Source: a virus
Taxonomy: Duplodnaviria > Caudoviricetes
IMG/VR virus record: IMGVR_UViG_3300037631_006232
Location: 32,001 to 96,000 of that record
Direction: 5' to 3' (one strand)
DNA length: 64,000 nucleotides
Shown one piece after another: positions 9,297-18,900 of the stretch. The translations under genes were made by a program, and so were the position numbers. Each line of letters opens with the position of its first letter. Positions within the stretch are counted from its first letter, which is position 1. The notes beneath the pieces are model-generated. The model did not search any database, was not told the DNA's origin, and worked only from the letters and a program-made list of their open reading frames with translations.

Positions 9297-10941
9297 TTTT
9301 TAGATGTATGAAGTTACCATAGGAAGTAGTGCCGTATATTTCTGTGGGCCTATCAAAATACCCCCAATTATCCGAAGGTATTCTACCTCTAGAAGAGAGT
9401 AGCCACAGAACTTTAGATTCCGGTATTCGCAACTGTGGAGGAGGCAAAGTACACTCGCCGTCAGTAGCATAGATAAGAAGATCTACGCTTCTAGGAGGTC
9501 TTACTGTTTTAGCACGGTCGTCGTACCATACTTTATCTCCACGTACCCAAGCAAATACAGGGTCAAAAGATGTGCCTCCTCTACCACGTAGATCTCTATC
9601 AATTTCAGAAGATTTACTCATCTCATAGATTTTAACTATACGAGTATCGCACTCTACCACAGTAACTTCTAATCCTGGATTAGATCGAATAATACCTTCT
9701 AGCTCAGTAAATATCTCTTGGATCTCTCCATTAGACACACTTCCGCTAGTATCTATAGCAAATACTATAGAGTACGTAGGATTTTTAATCCTACCTGGAA
9801 AAGGTGATGTCCTGAATCCCTTAATTCTAGTGTAATTCCGTTTAGGTCTGCTCATGCTTCTCTTGCGCAAGTTGGGGTTAGCGCTAGTGGTATATCTTTT
9901 GAGAACATCTCGCCAATTTATCTCAGGGTCTTTAGTAAGCTCCTCAACCCAGGCTTTGATGTTACCTCCTACAGTACCTCTGCTCTTCTCTCCTAGATTA
10001 TTAGAAGCAGTTACCATAGCGCGTTTAAATTTTCTATTAAGAGCCTCTGTTATCTCTTCGATAGATTTATCAGAGTCTCCTATAGCTTCGTCTAACTCAG
10101 ATAGTATGTGTTCTTCGGATAGACCAGAACCTCCCAAGAGCTCTTGTAATTGCTCCGCAGTAATCGCTTCCAAGGCTTTACTGACGCTAGTAGGCTTGCC
10201 TTCCCCTTCTTCAGATTCGCCGGATCCATCAGGGGAGTTTACAGGCGAACCCTTACCAGGGTATTTCTCATCCTCCGAACTCCCGTTTCCGTTTGTAGGG
10301 GGTTTAAGCATAGGCGCATCTCCACCTGCTCTTTTTAAAAGCTCTTGAGTATACCACTCCATGGACTTTAGAGGAGGAAGCCCTGCATCGCTAGGATGAA
10401 TACCAGCGTATTCACCCATAGGCTCCCCCTCAAACTTTTGGTCTTCAGTAGGTTCTTCTAGTGGTGTGCCTACGGAGCATTTTAGCTCTCTAAGCGTAAA
10501 GATTTTAAACTGGTCTATAAGCCAGCTATTTAGCGCGTAGTCGGCAGCTACATGCATAACCGCCGAAATTTTAATTAGTTTATCCCTGTCCTCTTTGTAT
10601 ATATCCCTAGCTTGTAGCATACGTGCTGTATGCGACAGTGCTGCATGGCCTAGCTCATGTGCTATTACAATGCCTGCACCTAACTCATCAAGCTGCTCTA
10701 CCATAGTAGGGGAGTACCGCATGACATAATGACCATTTTCAACAGCCATGCTAAAAGTAGGAGTAGTAGAACACTCTATAGTGCGCATACCGGATAGTAT
10801 ATCTACAAAGAATGCAAACCTACCTAGGTTAGAATTTCTTACCATGAGCCTAGCTAGGTAGTTGTTTAGGTTCTTTTCTAATTTTATAATTTCAGGAGTA
10901 CCGGTTTTTTTACTCCCAATAATAGATCTTCTTCGTCTCAT
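9289..10941 (-). CDS. metallopeptidase-like (HExxH) plus vWA domain protein, DUF2201-like
   Basis: IAHELGHAAL, HVAADYALN, acidic/Gly linker, MIDAS motif IDTSGS, GRGGTSFDPVF, IYATDGEC. A GGAGG RBS favours the ATG at 10941 over 10989. Confidence 0.88.
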   Translation of the reverse strand: MRRRRSIIGSKKTGTPEIIKLEKNLNNYLARLMVRNSNLGRFAFFVDILSGMRTIECSTTPTFSMAVENGHYVMRYSPTMVEQLDELGAGIVIAHELGHAALSHTARMLQARDIYKEDRDKLIKISAVMHVAADYALNSWLIDQFKIFTLRELKCSVGTPLEEPTEDQKFEGEPMGEYAGIHPSDAGLPPLKSMEWYTQELLKRAGGDAPMLKPPTNGNGSSEDEKYPGKGSPVNSPDGSGESEEGEGKPTSVSKALEAITAEQLQELLGGSGLSEEHILSELDEAIGDSDKSIEEITEALNRKFKRAMVTASNNLGEKSRGTVGGNIKAWVEELTKDPEINWRDVLKRYTTSANPNLRKRSMSRPKRNYTRIKGFRTSPFPGRIKNPTYSIVFAIDTSGSVSNGEIQEIFTELEGIIRSNPGLEVTVVECDTRIVKIYEMSKSSEIDRDLRGRGGTSFDPVFAWVRGDKVWYDDRAKTVRPPRSVDLLIYATDGECTLPPPQLRIPESKVLWLLSSRGRIPSDNWGYFDRPTEIYGTTSYGNFIHLKNV

Positions 10942-10953
10942 AAAGGACCTCCA

Positions 10954-11934
10954 ATGATCGATCAAAATAGTGACGTGACATTTAGCCACTTAAAAATAAT
11001 TCTAGAAGACATGCCTCAAATACAGGAGCATATTAAAGAGGCTCATGTAGGCGAAGAAGTCCGTGAAAAAACTAGCGAAAGTGCGTTTGCGGACATCTAC
11101 AATCGTAGGTTCCCAATAGCCTCAAAAGCAGACGCAATACTATCAAAGGCTTATGCCACAAAAGTAGCAAATCTTGCGCCCGAAGTAATGTCAAAAATAG
11201 ACGTGGCTCTTAAGATATACGATGTTCCTAGCACTATATTTGAGACACAAAAAATAGCGTATTCTTCTGCGGAACCAGACTACCTGTTAGAGTCTCAGAA
11301 AAAACTACCGCTAACTAAAACTACCTTAACTAAAACAGCAGAGAAGTATTTATATAATAATGCTTTTAAGCTTAGACCAGCCACCTTATCTAAGGCGGCA
11401 GTTAAACTGGTGAAACACGCCTCTTCTAGAGGGGAAGAAGTATCTACTGAAACTCTTAAATACGCAGGGCTAGTACAAGCCAACTTAACAGAAGCGTCTA
11501 ATTGGATAGAAGCCCGTTCCTATAAAACTAAGGATAGTACCCATGCTAAAGCATACACTAAGTTAGCTAACGTGGTTAGTAACTTAGGTAAAGGCACTAG
11601 TAGGGATCAGCTGATTAAAATAGCGAATACTTTAGAAAACTTAGATTCACTAAGTGGGTTAGATGTTCATTACCATAAAAACCTACCGGACTCTATTAGC
11701 ACTATTTTTAACACCAAACTAGCTATGGCACCTTCTGTAGAGATGGCAGGTAAAGATATTGGTCTAGAAAAACTACTAGCCATAGACCCTTACGTATATG
11801 GAGATATTCTTGGGTCTGATGTAGTAGAAGAGATTACTGAAAACGGAGAATTAGATAGTCAAAAACTTATTGAAGTATTCGAAACTCTTCCTTCGGATAT
11901 GAAAACTTTATTAGTGGAGAAGTTATCTCTATGA
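10954..11934 (+). CDS. probable head-associated protein with many K-x-A motifs
   Basis: SAFAD..RRFPI motif. KEAH, KVAN, KIAY, KTAE, KHAS, KIAN, KLAM as in the head-gene cluster. Confidence 0.6.
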   Translation: MIDQNSDVTFSHLKIILEDMPQIQEHIKEAHVGEEVREKTSESAFADIYNRRFPIASKADAILSKAYATKVANLAPEVMSKIDVALKIYDVPSTIFETQKIAYSSAEPDYLLESQKKLPLTKTTLTKTAEKYLYNNAFKLRPATLSKAAVKLVKHASSRGEEVSTETLKYAGLVQANLTEASNWIEARSYKTKDSTHAKAYTKLANVVSNLGKGTSRDQLIKIANTLENLDSLSGLDVHYHKNLPDSISTIFNTKLAMAPSVEMAGKDIGLEKLLAIDPYVYGDILGSDVVEEITENGELDSQKLIEVFETLPSDMKTLLVEKLSL

Positions 11935-12575
11935 TAGGATCTGTAAAAGATACTTATAGCAACGAACCTAAGGCTAAAGAATTACTTTCCAGCAACAAGT
12001 TTATACCTGCCACAGCTCTGGTAATTGCTGCCGATATAGTAACTAGTGGTAATTTTTTTGCTTGGGAATTAGAGACTACTTTTGACTTCTTAGAGGACGC
12101 TGGGTGCTTGCCCGAGCCTAAAAACCGAGATCGGTTGATGGGAGCAATGTCCATACTACTAAACCCTGCGTTTTTGTGGGATGCTGGAGCGTTTATGGCA
12201 GTTAGTCAAACCTTTAATGGTGTATTAGCGGTGCCGGAGATATGGGAGCCTCTGACGCCTGCTAACGTAGCGTATACCTTAGATGAAATAGATTCGGTGT
12301 ATAAAGTTTACAATAACACCAAAAAACTAGAGCCTTTGTACGCAGAAGAACCTAGGATATTTATAGCCGCTTGCTGTAAGGAGAATGGCGTATCTGTACT
12401 ACCCAAAGAGCTAACTTTATGTAAGGATCAATTTCATAGAGTATACGATTTACCTGAGGATATGCAGGATATTATTAGCAATCCGGTACTAGAACGTAAG
12501 TTAAAAGAGATTACTACCTACATACAGAAGCTATCTCAGCTAAGGGCGAATTTAGTCTCAGAGCTAAAAAAATAG
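11931..12575 (+). CDS. hypothetical protein
   Basis: 214 aa, ATGA overlap with the upstream gene. Confidence 0.7.
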   Translation: MIGSVKDTYSNEPKAKELLSSNKFIPATALVIAADIVTSGNFFAWELETTFDFLEDAGCLPEPKNRDRLMGAMSILLNPAFLWDAGAFMAVSQTFNGVLAVPEIWEPLTPANVAYTLDEIDSVYKVYNNTKKLEPLYAEEPRIFIAACCKENGVSVLPKELTLCKDQFHRVYDLPEDMQDIISNPVLERKLKEITTYIQKLSQLRANLVSELKK

Positions 12576-12606
12576 GTATCAAGGCTCCTAGTATCATGTA
12601 CCTATT
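12571..12606. terminator. hairpin between convergent genes, possible terminator
   Basis: AATAGGTA (12571-12578) / TACCTATT (12599-12606) inverted repeat. Confidence 0.35.
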
Positions 12607-12630
12607 CCTTATCCTAGTAGCGTAGTGGGG

Positions 12631-13788
12631 CTAGCCTTTAATTATACTTTTAATTTCTGGGAAGATCTTAGTCTTCCAGATCTCTGTTTTGCTCATAACA
12701 CCCATGAGTAGGCGATAGTAGTTCCCATCGGTGTTGGCTTTATACTTATTCAATTCCATCATAAATTTCATCTTGTGTTCCGCTCCAAGCTCTGACCAGA
12801 ACTTAACCATATTAGTAGCAGTAGTTTCTGAATCAGGTTGGTTGTCCATTACGTACATAGCGACCGATGTAGTTAGTCGTGACACTAGATCCGCACGACC
12901 TTCCTTCTCCATCTTCTCTATGACAGGCTTAGCTTTTCTAGTGTAGGAAGTAACGACTACCTTGGGGGGTAGTTTGAATTCGCTATCTTCTGTGAAAGAC
13001 ACAAAGTCACTAGCCATATCGTAATTGATATAGCCGGCGAGTATGCTAGCATCTAGTAGACCTCCATTAGCATGGAGAAAATTACTAACCTCATGCCATA
13101 CCGCAGGGTTGCCGTAGATCTTTCCTGCGTTACGGGCTTTTTCATCCATAAGGGCATCTACGTTAGATTCGATGTACTCAATTACATACTTGTGCATGGC
13201 TACTTCTCTGGCATACTTTAGCCATCCGCTCACAGAATGGACGGCATAATAGTGCTTGAGACGGCGTCGCCAAGCAAAGTCGCTCATGATATCCTTAACG
13301 GCATAGTCCCCATTGTCTGGGTTACAAGCGGCCATTAGGTAGCAATTATCTGGTAGCTTGTGGCCATGAATCCGACGTTCAGTTAAGATGTTGAACATAA
13401 TGGTAGATACGGCTTCCGAGGCTCGGGTTACCTCGTCAAGAAAGAGAACCGAAGGTAAGCCTAGTTTACCTGCTTCGAAGATGGGCTTAAGCCAATCAGG
13501 TAGTTTAAACGAAAAGTAGTTAGGATCTTCATCATCTGCGAAGGGTATTCCTAGATCTTCTGGTTGGCACTCAGACATGGTCTTAGCAACGAAGGCGTGT
13601 GCTTTTAGCTTTTGTGCTATTTGATGGCAAATAGCAGTCTTTCCAATTCCAGAGTCGCCGTGTAGGCACGGAACTCCTCCGCTCATACAAACTCGTATAA
13701 TGGTGTTTGCGGCTGAACTAATAGGGACGGTTGTAATCCCCAGTTTGTTGGTGTACTTTACAATAGTAGAATCTGTTTGATTTGTCAT
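12631..13788 (-). CDS. MoxR-type AAA+ ATPase
   Basis: Walker A GDSGIGKT, PEDLGIP, Walker B LFLDE, sensor AACNP, AWRRR. A GAGGAG RBS favours the ATG at 13788. Confidence 0.9.
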   Translation of the reverse strand: MTNQTDSTIVKYTNKLGITTVPISSAANTIIRVCMSGGVPCLHGDSGIGKTAICHQIAQKLKAHAFVAKTMSECQPEDLGIPFADDEDPNYFSFKLPDWLKPIFEAGKLGLPSVLFLDEVTRASEAVSTIMFNILTERRIHGHKLPDNCYLMAACNPDNGDYAVKDIMSDFAWRRRLKHYYAVHSVSGWLKYAREVAMHKYVIEYIESNVDALMDEKARNAGKIYGNPAVWHEVSNFLHANGGLLDASILAGYINYDMASDFVSFTEDSEFKLPPKVVVTSYTRKAKPVIEKMEKEGRADLVSRLTTSVAMYVMDNQPDSETTATNMVKFWSELGAEHKMKFMMELNKYKANTDGNYYRLLMGVMSKTEIWKTKIFPEIKSIIKG

Positions 13789-13798
13789 AGGACTCCTC

Positions 13799-15313
13799 AT
13801 GTTAATGATTAATAGAAAACAATTAGCTGAAGCTAGTTTAGAATTAGATGGAGATAAGTTCTCCTTAGATGACTACCCGTTTTACCATGCTTTATATAAG
13901 GGCGAGTGGCCTAGTACTTTGCTTATGTGTGGTAGGCAAGTAGGTAAGTCCGTTAGTGCCGCCGCTTTTAGTGTTTGTGAGAGTGTAGCTATGCCACACT
14001 TCAAAACACTTTACATAGCGCCCACTCTTAAACAAACTAGTACGTTTAGTAATACTCGTGTTAGTAAATTGGTACGTCATAGTCCCGGTATAAAAGCCCT
14101 TATGGGCTCTGTAACCTCGGACAATGTTTTTCTCAAAGTCTTAGGTAATGGTAGCGAGCTAATATTTAACTACGCCTCCGATGATCCTGATAGGGTTCGG
14201 GGAATCTCTGCAGATCGTGTTATATACGATGAAGTGCAGGATATTGACTATGACGCTGTAGTACCTGTAGTTAACGAATGCTTAGCCAATTCTAAGTATG
14301 GCTTCGTTAGCTACATGGGTACACCTAAAACACAAGAAAATACTATACAATTCCTTTGGGACAACTCATCCCAGAGTGAGTGGTGTGTTAAGTGTGGTTC
14401 TTGCGGTAAGTACTCTTTTTATAGAACCGTAGATGGCATAGGGAAAACAGGCCCTATATGTTTGCACTGTAAAAGTAAGGTAAATCCTCGTAACGGTATG
14501 TGGGTTGACATGAAAAAAGAGTACTATACTAAGGCATTTCATGTACCTCAGATAATACTACCCGCCAATGCTGAACAAGAAAACCGTTGGGATCGGGTTC
14601 TAAATAAGTTAGACACTTACTCTGATACCAAGTTTAAGAACGAGGTTTTGGGAGTAAGCGATAGCGTAGGATCTAGGCTAATCTCCTTAGAGGAGTTACA
14701 TAGAGCTTGCAAACCCCGACAGACTTCCTCCGGGTTTGTATGCGGAGGCGTTGACTGGTCAGGAGGCGGGTCTAAAGGCCTAAGCAGGACTGTATCTTGG
14801 GTCTTTTCTAGGAACCCGGGAGGTAAATTCATTTGCCATCATTACCAGATCTACCGAGACGTTAATCCAGTAGATGCAGTAGATCGCATAGCCCAAACTT
14901 TTTCCCAGCACCAAGTCACCTTGGTGATGGGAGACGCTGGCGAAGGGGCATTAGCTAATAGTCTACTGACTAAGAAGCTAATGGGAACCCCTGTGTACCA
15001 ATGCCAATACGGCTCTAGCTCCAAACCTCTTAGGTGGAATGGTGTAGATCGTTATATGGTTGATCGAACTACTCTCATAGATTGCTTCTTTCTCGATATC
15101 AAGCAAGGTAGGATACAATTCTTATCTCAACCTGAGATGAAAGATGCTTTCGATGATTTTCTAGCTTTGTATGAAGAGGTTATGCCTTCGGGAAAGAAAG
15201 TGTGGCGGCATTCTCCTAATAATCCCGACGACTGTCTTCATGCAGCTGTATTCTCATGGGCCGCTTGTAAGATACTGACCCATGACTTAGCGTTTTACCA
15301 CAAGGATGCTTAG
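13799..15313 (+). CDS. terL: terminase large subunit (lambda GpA-like)
   Basis: CGRQVGKS, VRGISAD..IYDEVQD, GTPK, CxxC...CxxC zinc ribbon, nuclease GGVDW, NPDDCLHA. Confidence 0.9.
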   Translation: MLMINRKQLAEASLELDGDKFSLDDYPFYHALYKGEWPSTLLMCGRQVGKSVSAAAFSVCESVAMPHFKTLYIAPTLKQTSTFSNTRVSKLVRHSPGIKALMGSVTSDNVFLKVLGNGSELIFNYASDDPDRVRGISADRVIYDEVQDIDYDAVVPVVNECLANSKYGFVSYMGTPKTQENTIQFLWDNSSQSEWCVKCGSCGKYSFYRTVDGIGKTGPICLHCKSKVNPRNGMWVDMKKEYYTKAFHVPQIILPANAEQENRWDRVLNKLDTYSDTKFKNEVLGVSDSVGSRLISLEELHRACKPRQTSSGFVCGGVDWSGGGSKGLSRTVSWVFSRNPGGKFICHHYQIYRDVNPVDAVDRIAQTFSQHQVTLVMGDAGEGALANSLLTKKLMGTPVYQCQYGSSSKPLRWNGVDRYMVDRTTLIDCFFLDIKQGRIQFLSQPEMKDAFDDFLALYEEVMPSGKKVWRHSPNNPDDCLHAAVFSWAACKILTHDLAFYHKDA

Positions 15314-15428
15314 TCCAAGAAGCTCTTTCGAGCGCCGACGGAGGGTGGTATGCGAAGCATACCTCTTCCGGTCGTAAAAGCTTGGCGTTAGATGTAGCTT
15401 CTAACCGCTTTTACTTTAGCGACTAAGC
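15308..15428 (-). ncRNA. retron msr-msd-like unit 1 (last transcribed)
   Basis: Plus-strand reading: GCTTAGTC|CAAGA...TTAGC|GACTAAGC (8 bp). Hairpin 15374-15414 with TAG loop. GGTATGC-GAA-GCATACC at 15347-15363. Confidence 0.65.
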
Positions 15429-15429
15429 T

Positions 15430-15571
15430 AACTTTTACTAGTCCAAGATATCATCCTGGTTGCGAGGCGAGCGGTTCCCGTAGCGTAGCGAAGGGATTAG
15501 GCTGCCTGGCATTAGCCCGAGGTAGAGAAGGTAGCCTTCTCTGGGCTAATTAGTAGCGACTAGTAAAAGTT
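15430..15571 (-). ncRNA. retron msr-msd-like unit 2
   Basis: AACTTTTACTAGTC|CAAGA...GTAGC|GACTAGTAAAAGTT (14 bp perfect). ATTAGCCC..AGAGAAGG-TAG-CCTTCTCT-GGGCTAAT at 15511-15550. Confidence 0.7.
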
Positions 15572-15678
15572 CCTAGACCAAGAAAGCGCGCTGGCGCCGA
15601 TGTCGCAGCCCCAGTTCTACTGGGGAGGGAAATAGTAGGGGTTAGTAACTAACCCTAATTCCCCTAGTAGCGTCTAGG
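15572..15678 (-). ncRNA. retron msr-msd-like unit 3
   Basis: CCTAGAC|CAAGA...GTAGC|GTCTAGG. GGGTTAG-TAA-CTAACCC at 15639-15655. CCCCAGT-TCT-ACTGGGG at 15609-15625. Confidence 0.68.
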
Positions 15679-15685
15679 TTCTGTA

Positions 15686-15781
15686 CACAAACCAAGAAGG
15701 CGAGACCTGCAGCTCAGGACTCAGTCCACATCTTGGATGCAGTAGTAACTACTGCGTATGCTTAACACATAAGCGTTTGTG
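15686..15781 (-). ncRNA. retron msr-msd-like unit 4
   Basis: CACAAAC|CAAGA...TAAGC|GTTTGTG, extendable by a G.U pair only on the minus strand. GCAGTAG-TAA-CTACTGC at 15739-15755. Confidence 0.65.
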
Positions 15782-15792
15782 CTAAACCCCCG

Positions 15793-15908
15793 TACCTTTG
15801 CTAATACAAATAGAGACCAATGGCGTAGTGAATCTCTTTTTAACCTTTGTAGGTCTTTGTAGATAAGAATTAAATTCTTATTAATAGACGAAGCTATTAG
15901 CATAGGTA
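15793..15908 (-). ncRNA. retron msr-msd-like unit 5 (first transcribed)
   Basis: TACCTTTGCTAATA|CAAAT...GAAGC|TATTAGCATAGGTA (13 of 14 bp). ATAAGAAT-TAA-ATTCTTAT at 15863-15881. Confidence 0.62.
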
Positions 15909-15918
15909 TAGGAGCAAG

Positions 15919-15930
15919 TACTTATACCAT
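15919..15930 (-). promoter_or_regulatory. extended -10-like promoter for the ncRNA array
   Basis: ATGGTATAAGTA (TG-n-TATAAG) on the minus strand, identical 12-mer at 28620-28631. Predicted start near 15914, just before unit 5. Confidence 0.6.
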
Positions 15931-15933
15931 GTT

Positions 15934-18900
15934 TTAGTTACTTTTTGCGCAATAAGCCTCTATGCTATATTTAGCTTCTCCGTAACTAGGGCCTACCTCT
16001 ACATCGTAGGGCAAAGCTACTGGAACTACAGGGAATTCTTGTTTTATAAAGTCTCTGACAGCCGATTCTAAAAACGCAGGTAACTCTTCTAACCTAGTAA
16101 CAGGCATCTCAAATACTATGCTATCATGTACTGTTAATAATAACCTACCATTTAGCTCAGGTAAACGTGCGTGCAGGTTTATTAGAGTTCTACATACTAT
16201 TTCTGAAGTAAACCCCTGCACTAAATAGTTAACACCCTGACGTTGGCAGCTGCTGCCTACACTGCCGCCCATAAAAGCTAAAGGAAATCTTCTAGCCCTA
16301 CCTGTAGGAGTCCTTAAAATACCTTCACGCTTTACCTTCCTTTTAGTACCTGAAATGTACTCTTCTACTTTAGGGAATCTAGCGAAAAACATATTCATTA
16401 AACCAGTAGCCTCATCAGGAGTAATCCCTAGCTGCATAGATAATTTGTTTGGTCCAATACAAAATATAAGGCCAAATACTATAGCTTTAGCCTGCTGGCG
16501 AAGCCTAACTAACTTCTTATCCGAGTCTGTCTGCACCACCTTATCTTTCTGCCGGGAAGTATTAATAGCATCATAGTCTTGTTGAAAAACTATACTAGCT
16601 ATCCAAGAATGCATATCCAAGCCTTTATTCAGAGCGTCTAGTAATCCAGGGTCTCTAGCATATACCGTTAACCCCCTAACCTCTGCTCCCGCAAAGTCGA
16701 GATCCACCACACACAACTCTTCACCTACCGACCAACCGTACTTAGCACAAAGCTGCTTCTCTACTTCACTAGCGGTAGGTCTAGTGTCTGTAGGTACAAA
16801 AGCTTTCTTAATAGGTACCCCTGCTATTGTTGGGGGCTGGTTTTGTAGGTTAGGGCTACTAGAGGATAGCCTTCCAGTAGCCGTGCCGTTTGCATTAGTA
16901 TTTCCATGAACCCTACCATCATAACTACTTAGTAGTAGCAGGTTGTCCAGATAGGTAGCCCTACCTTTGGCCGCAGATCTATAATCTAATATTGTTTGAG
17001 CTATAGGATTTGTCTTAGCCCACTCAGCTAGTACCTCATTGCTACAGCTATGTGCTCCAGTCTCTGTTTTCTTTAAACTAGGCATGCCGTAGCCAGCAAT
17101 CATTATATTAGCTAGGTCTGAAGGGTTATTAAGAACAATGCTATCTCTGGGTCTATGTAGATCAGTACTTATGCGATCTAACAAGTCTTCCTTTAGTAGC
17201 AATTCTCGGTCTTTTAGAATAGCACTCTGAGTTATAAGGTATTCTCTGTCTAATCTAACACCTTCCACCTGCATATCGCTAAGTACTTCTGTTAGTGGGA
17301 TATAGTGCTTTGACATTAAACTCATCATAAAATCCCTACCCTCAGCAATGGCCTTGGATTTAGGATCTTCTTTCCAAGCCTTAATCCTCTGCATTGTGCT
17401 GAGACGGTAAGTTAGGTCTGCGTCTATAGCGGCGTAAGGTATCATTATAGCAGGGTCCACCATTTCAAAGGTTACTTTTTCATGGTAAGGGTCTATTCTA
17501 CTTCTACCTGACAGGTTAGAAAATTCTGTTCTAAGAATTTTGGATACCGAACTTCTTACTTGCTTTACGTACTTAGCCCTATTGGCTAGCATATCAATAG
17601 TAGCCGATATGGTTACTTTTTGATTAGCAGGGGTAGATTTAAGTCTGTTCATCCTTTTTAGCTTCTTAGAAGTCTCTTTGATATCCTCTAATTCTGATTC
17701 TAAGTCTTTAGAGCCTAGGGGACTAAGAACCATTCTGTTACCCGTAGAGTTGCTCATAGATTTACTTAGTAACTTTGTTTCCATATCGCTAGTTAGGTTA
17801 CTAAGCTGCTCTACTAAAGGCTCTTCGTATTTGGCTAGGGAAGGGTAGTGCTCTAGCACTACTTTCTTTAGACTATATAAACCCTTCTTATCTTCGTCTA
17901 GCATATGCTCTGCTAGCATCCCATCCCACTTAGTATTGTTTACTGGGTTAGCGAAAATCTCTTCTACAGGCTTCCCAACCACCTTTTCTATATTAGCCTT
18001 AAGCCGGGAGTGGCAGGCCATAGCCAACTTGGTTTGCCTTACTAAGATATGCTTGGCTATACCATAGTCAAACTTATAGTTCCACCAAGTCTTGGCGTGA
18101 GGTGATTGTAGTAGCTTCCAGATATAGGGAATTATGCCACTAAAGCTATACGGAGCTAGTTTGTGAAAAACATACAGAGATAGGGCCTTACCTTCTGCCA
18201 CGCAAGCAGATATGGCTATTACTCTACCGTCTGAATTCCATGGAAATAAGGTGGTAGTTTCAAAATCCAAGGACATCATCGTGTTTGCTACAGTTTTTCC
18301 TGGAGCCGAGTAGTCACAATACTCATTAATTAATGCAATAGCATCTTCTAGGTCCTTAGGTCTTGGCTTATAGGGCGTCAGAGGAGGAACTATGTCGTAG
18401 TTATCCAGTAAGCTTGGTACATCGATATTATCTAAAGGATACCCAAAAGCCACTTTTGCAGCTTTAGCGATATCGCCACAAGCCACTTCAACTACCCCCA
18501 CAGATTCAAACATCTTGCTTAATCCGAAGGTAGGTAACACCTTAAAAACTTTCTTCCCTATAGTTACCTCTATAACGGTACCACGTACATTACTATGCAG
18601 AGATTTTACTCCTAGGAAACTAAGGGCTTTGGGTCCAAAAGCTAATATGGTACTAGCACCTGAGCTCAGTATCTGGCTATACCCTACATTACTTGCACAG
18701 GTTTTTAAAAGTTTTACACTGCTGGTTAAGTTAGAAGCACAAGATACTGAGTACATATAGAAGCAACTAGCTTTTAGCTTTTTTGATAATCCGGTAGGGT
18801 CTACCTTAGCTGCTCTGGTAAGAAGGGATTTCATCATCTCTCCATCCCTGCCCGCCAAAGGAACATTGGCCCAAGGAGGCGGAGAGTCCATTAGTACCAC

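Noticed and set aside
12571-12630. Possible sixth degenerate array unit (CAAGG ... TAGTAGCG)
   Set aside because: Both end words are present, but only about 3 bp could close them and there is no triloop hairpin. A terminator between convergent genes is simpler.
15721-15903. 60-aa minus-strand ORF
   Set aside because: It lies over units 4-5, starts about 10 nt after the predicted transcription start inside a stem, and has no RBS or recognisable features.
15308-15908. CRISPR array, tRNA cluster or stacked terminators
   Set aside because: There are no direct repeats beyond 4-7 nt and no cloverleaf, T-loop or CCA pattern. Terminators would not explain five nested units with fixed end motifs, triloops and a dedicated promoter.
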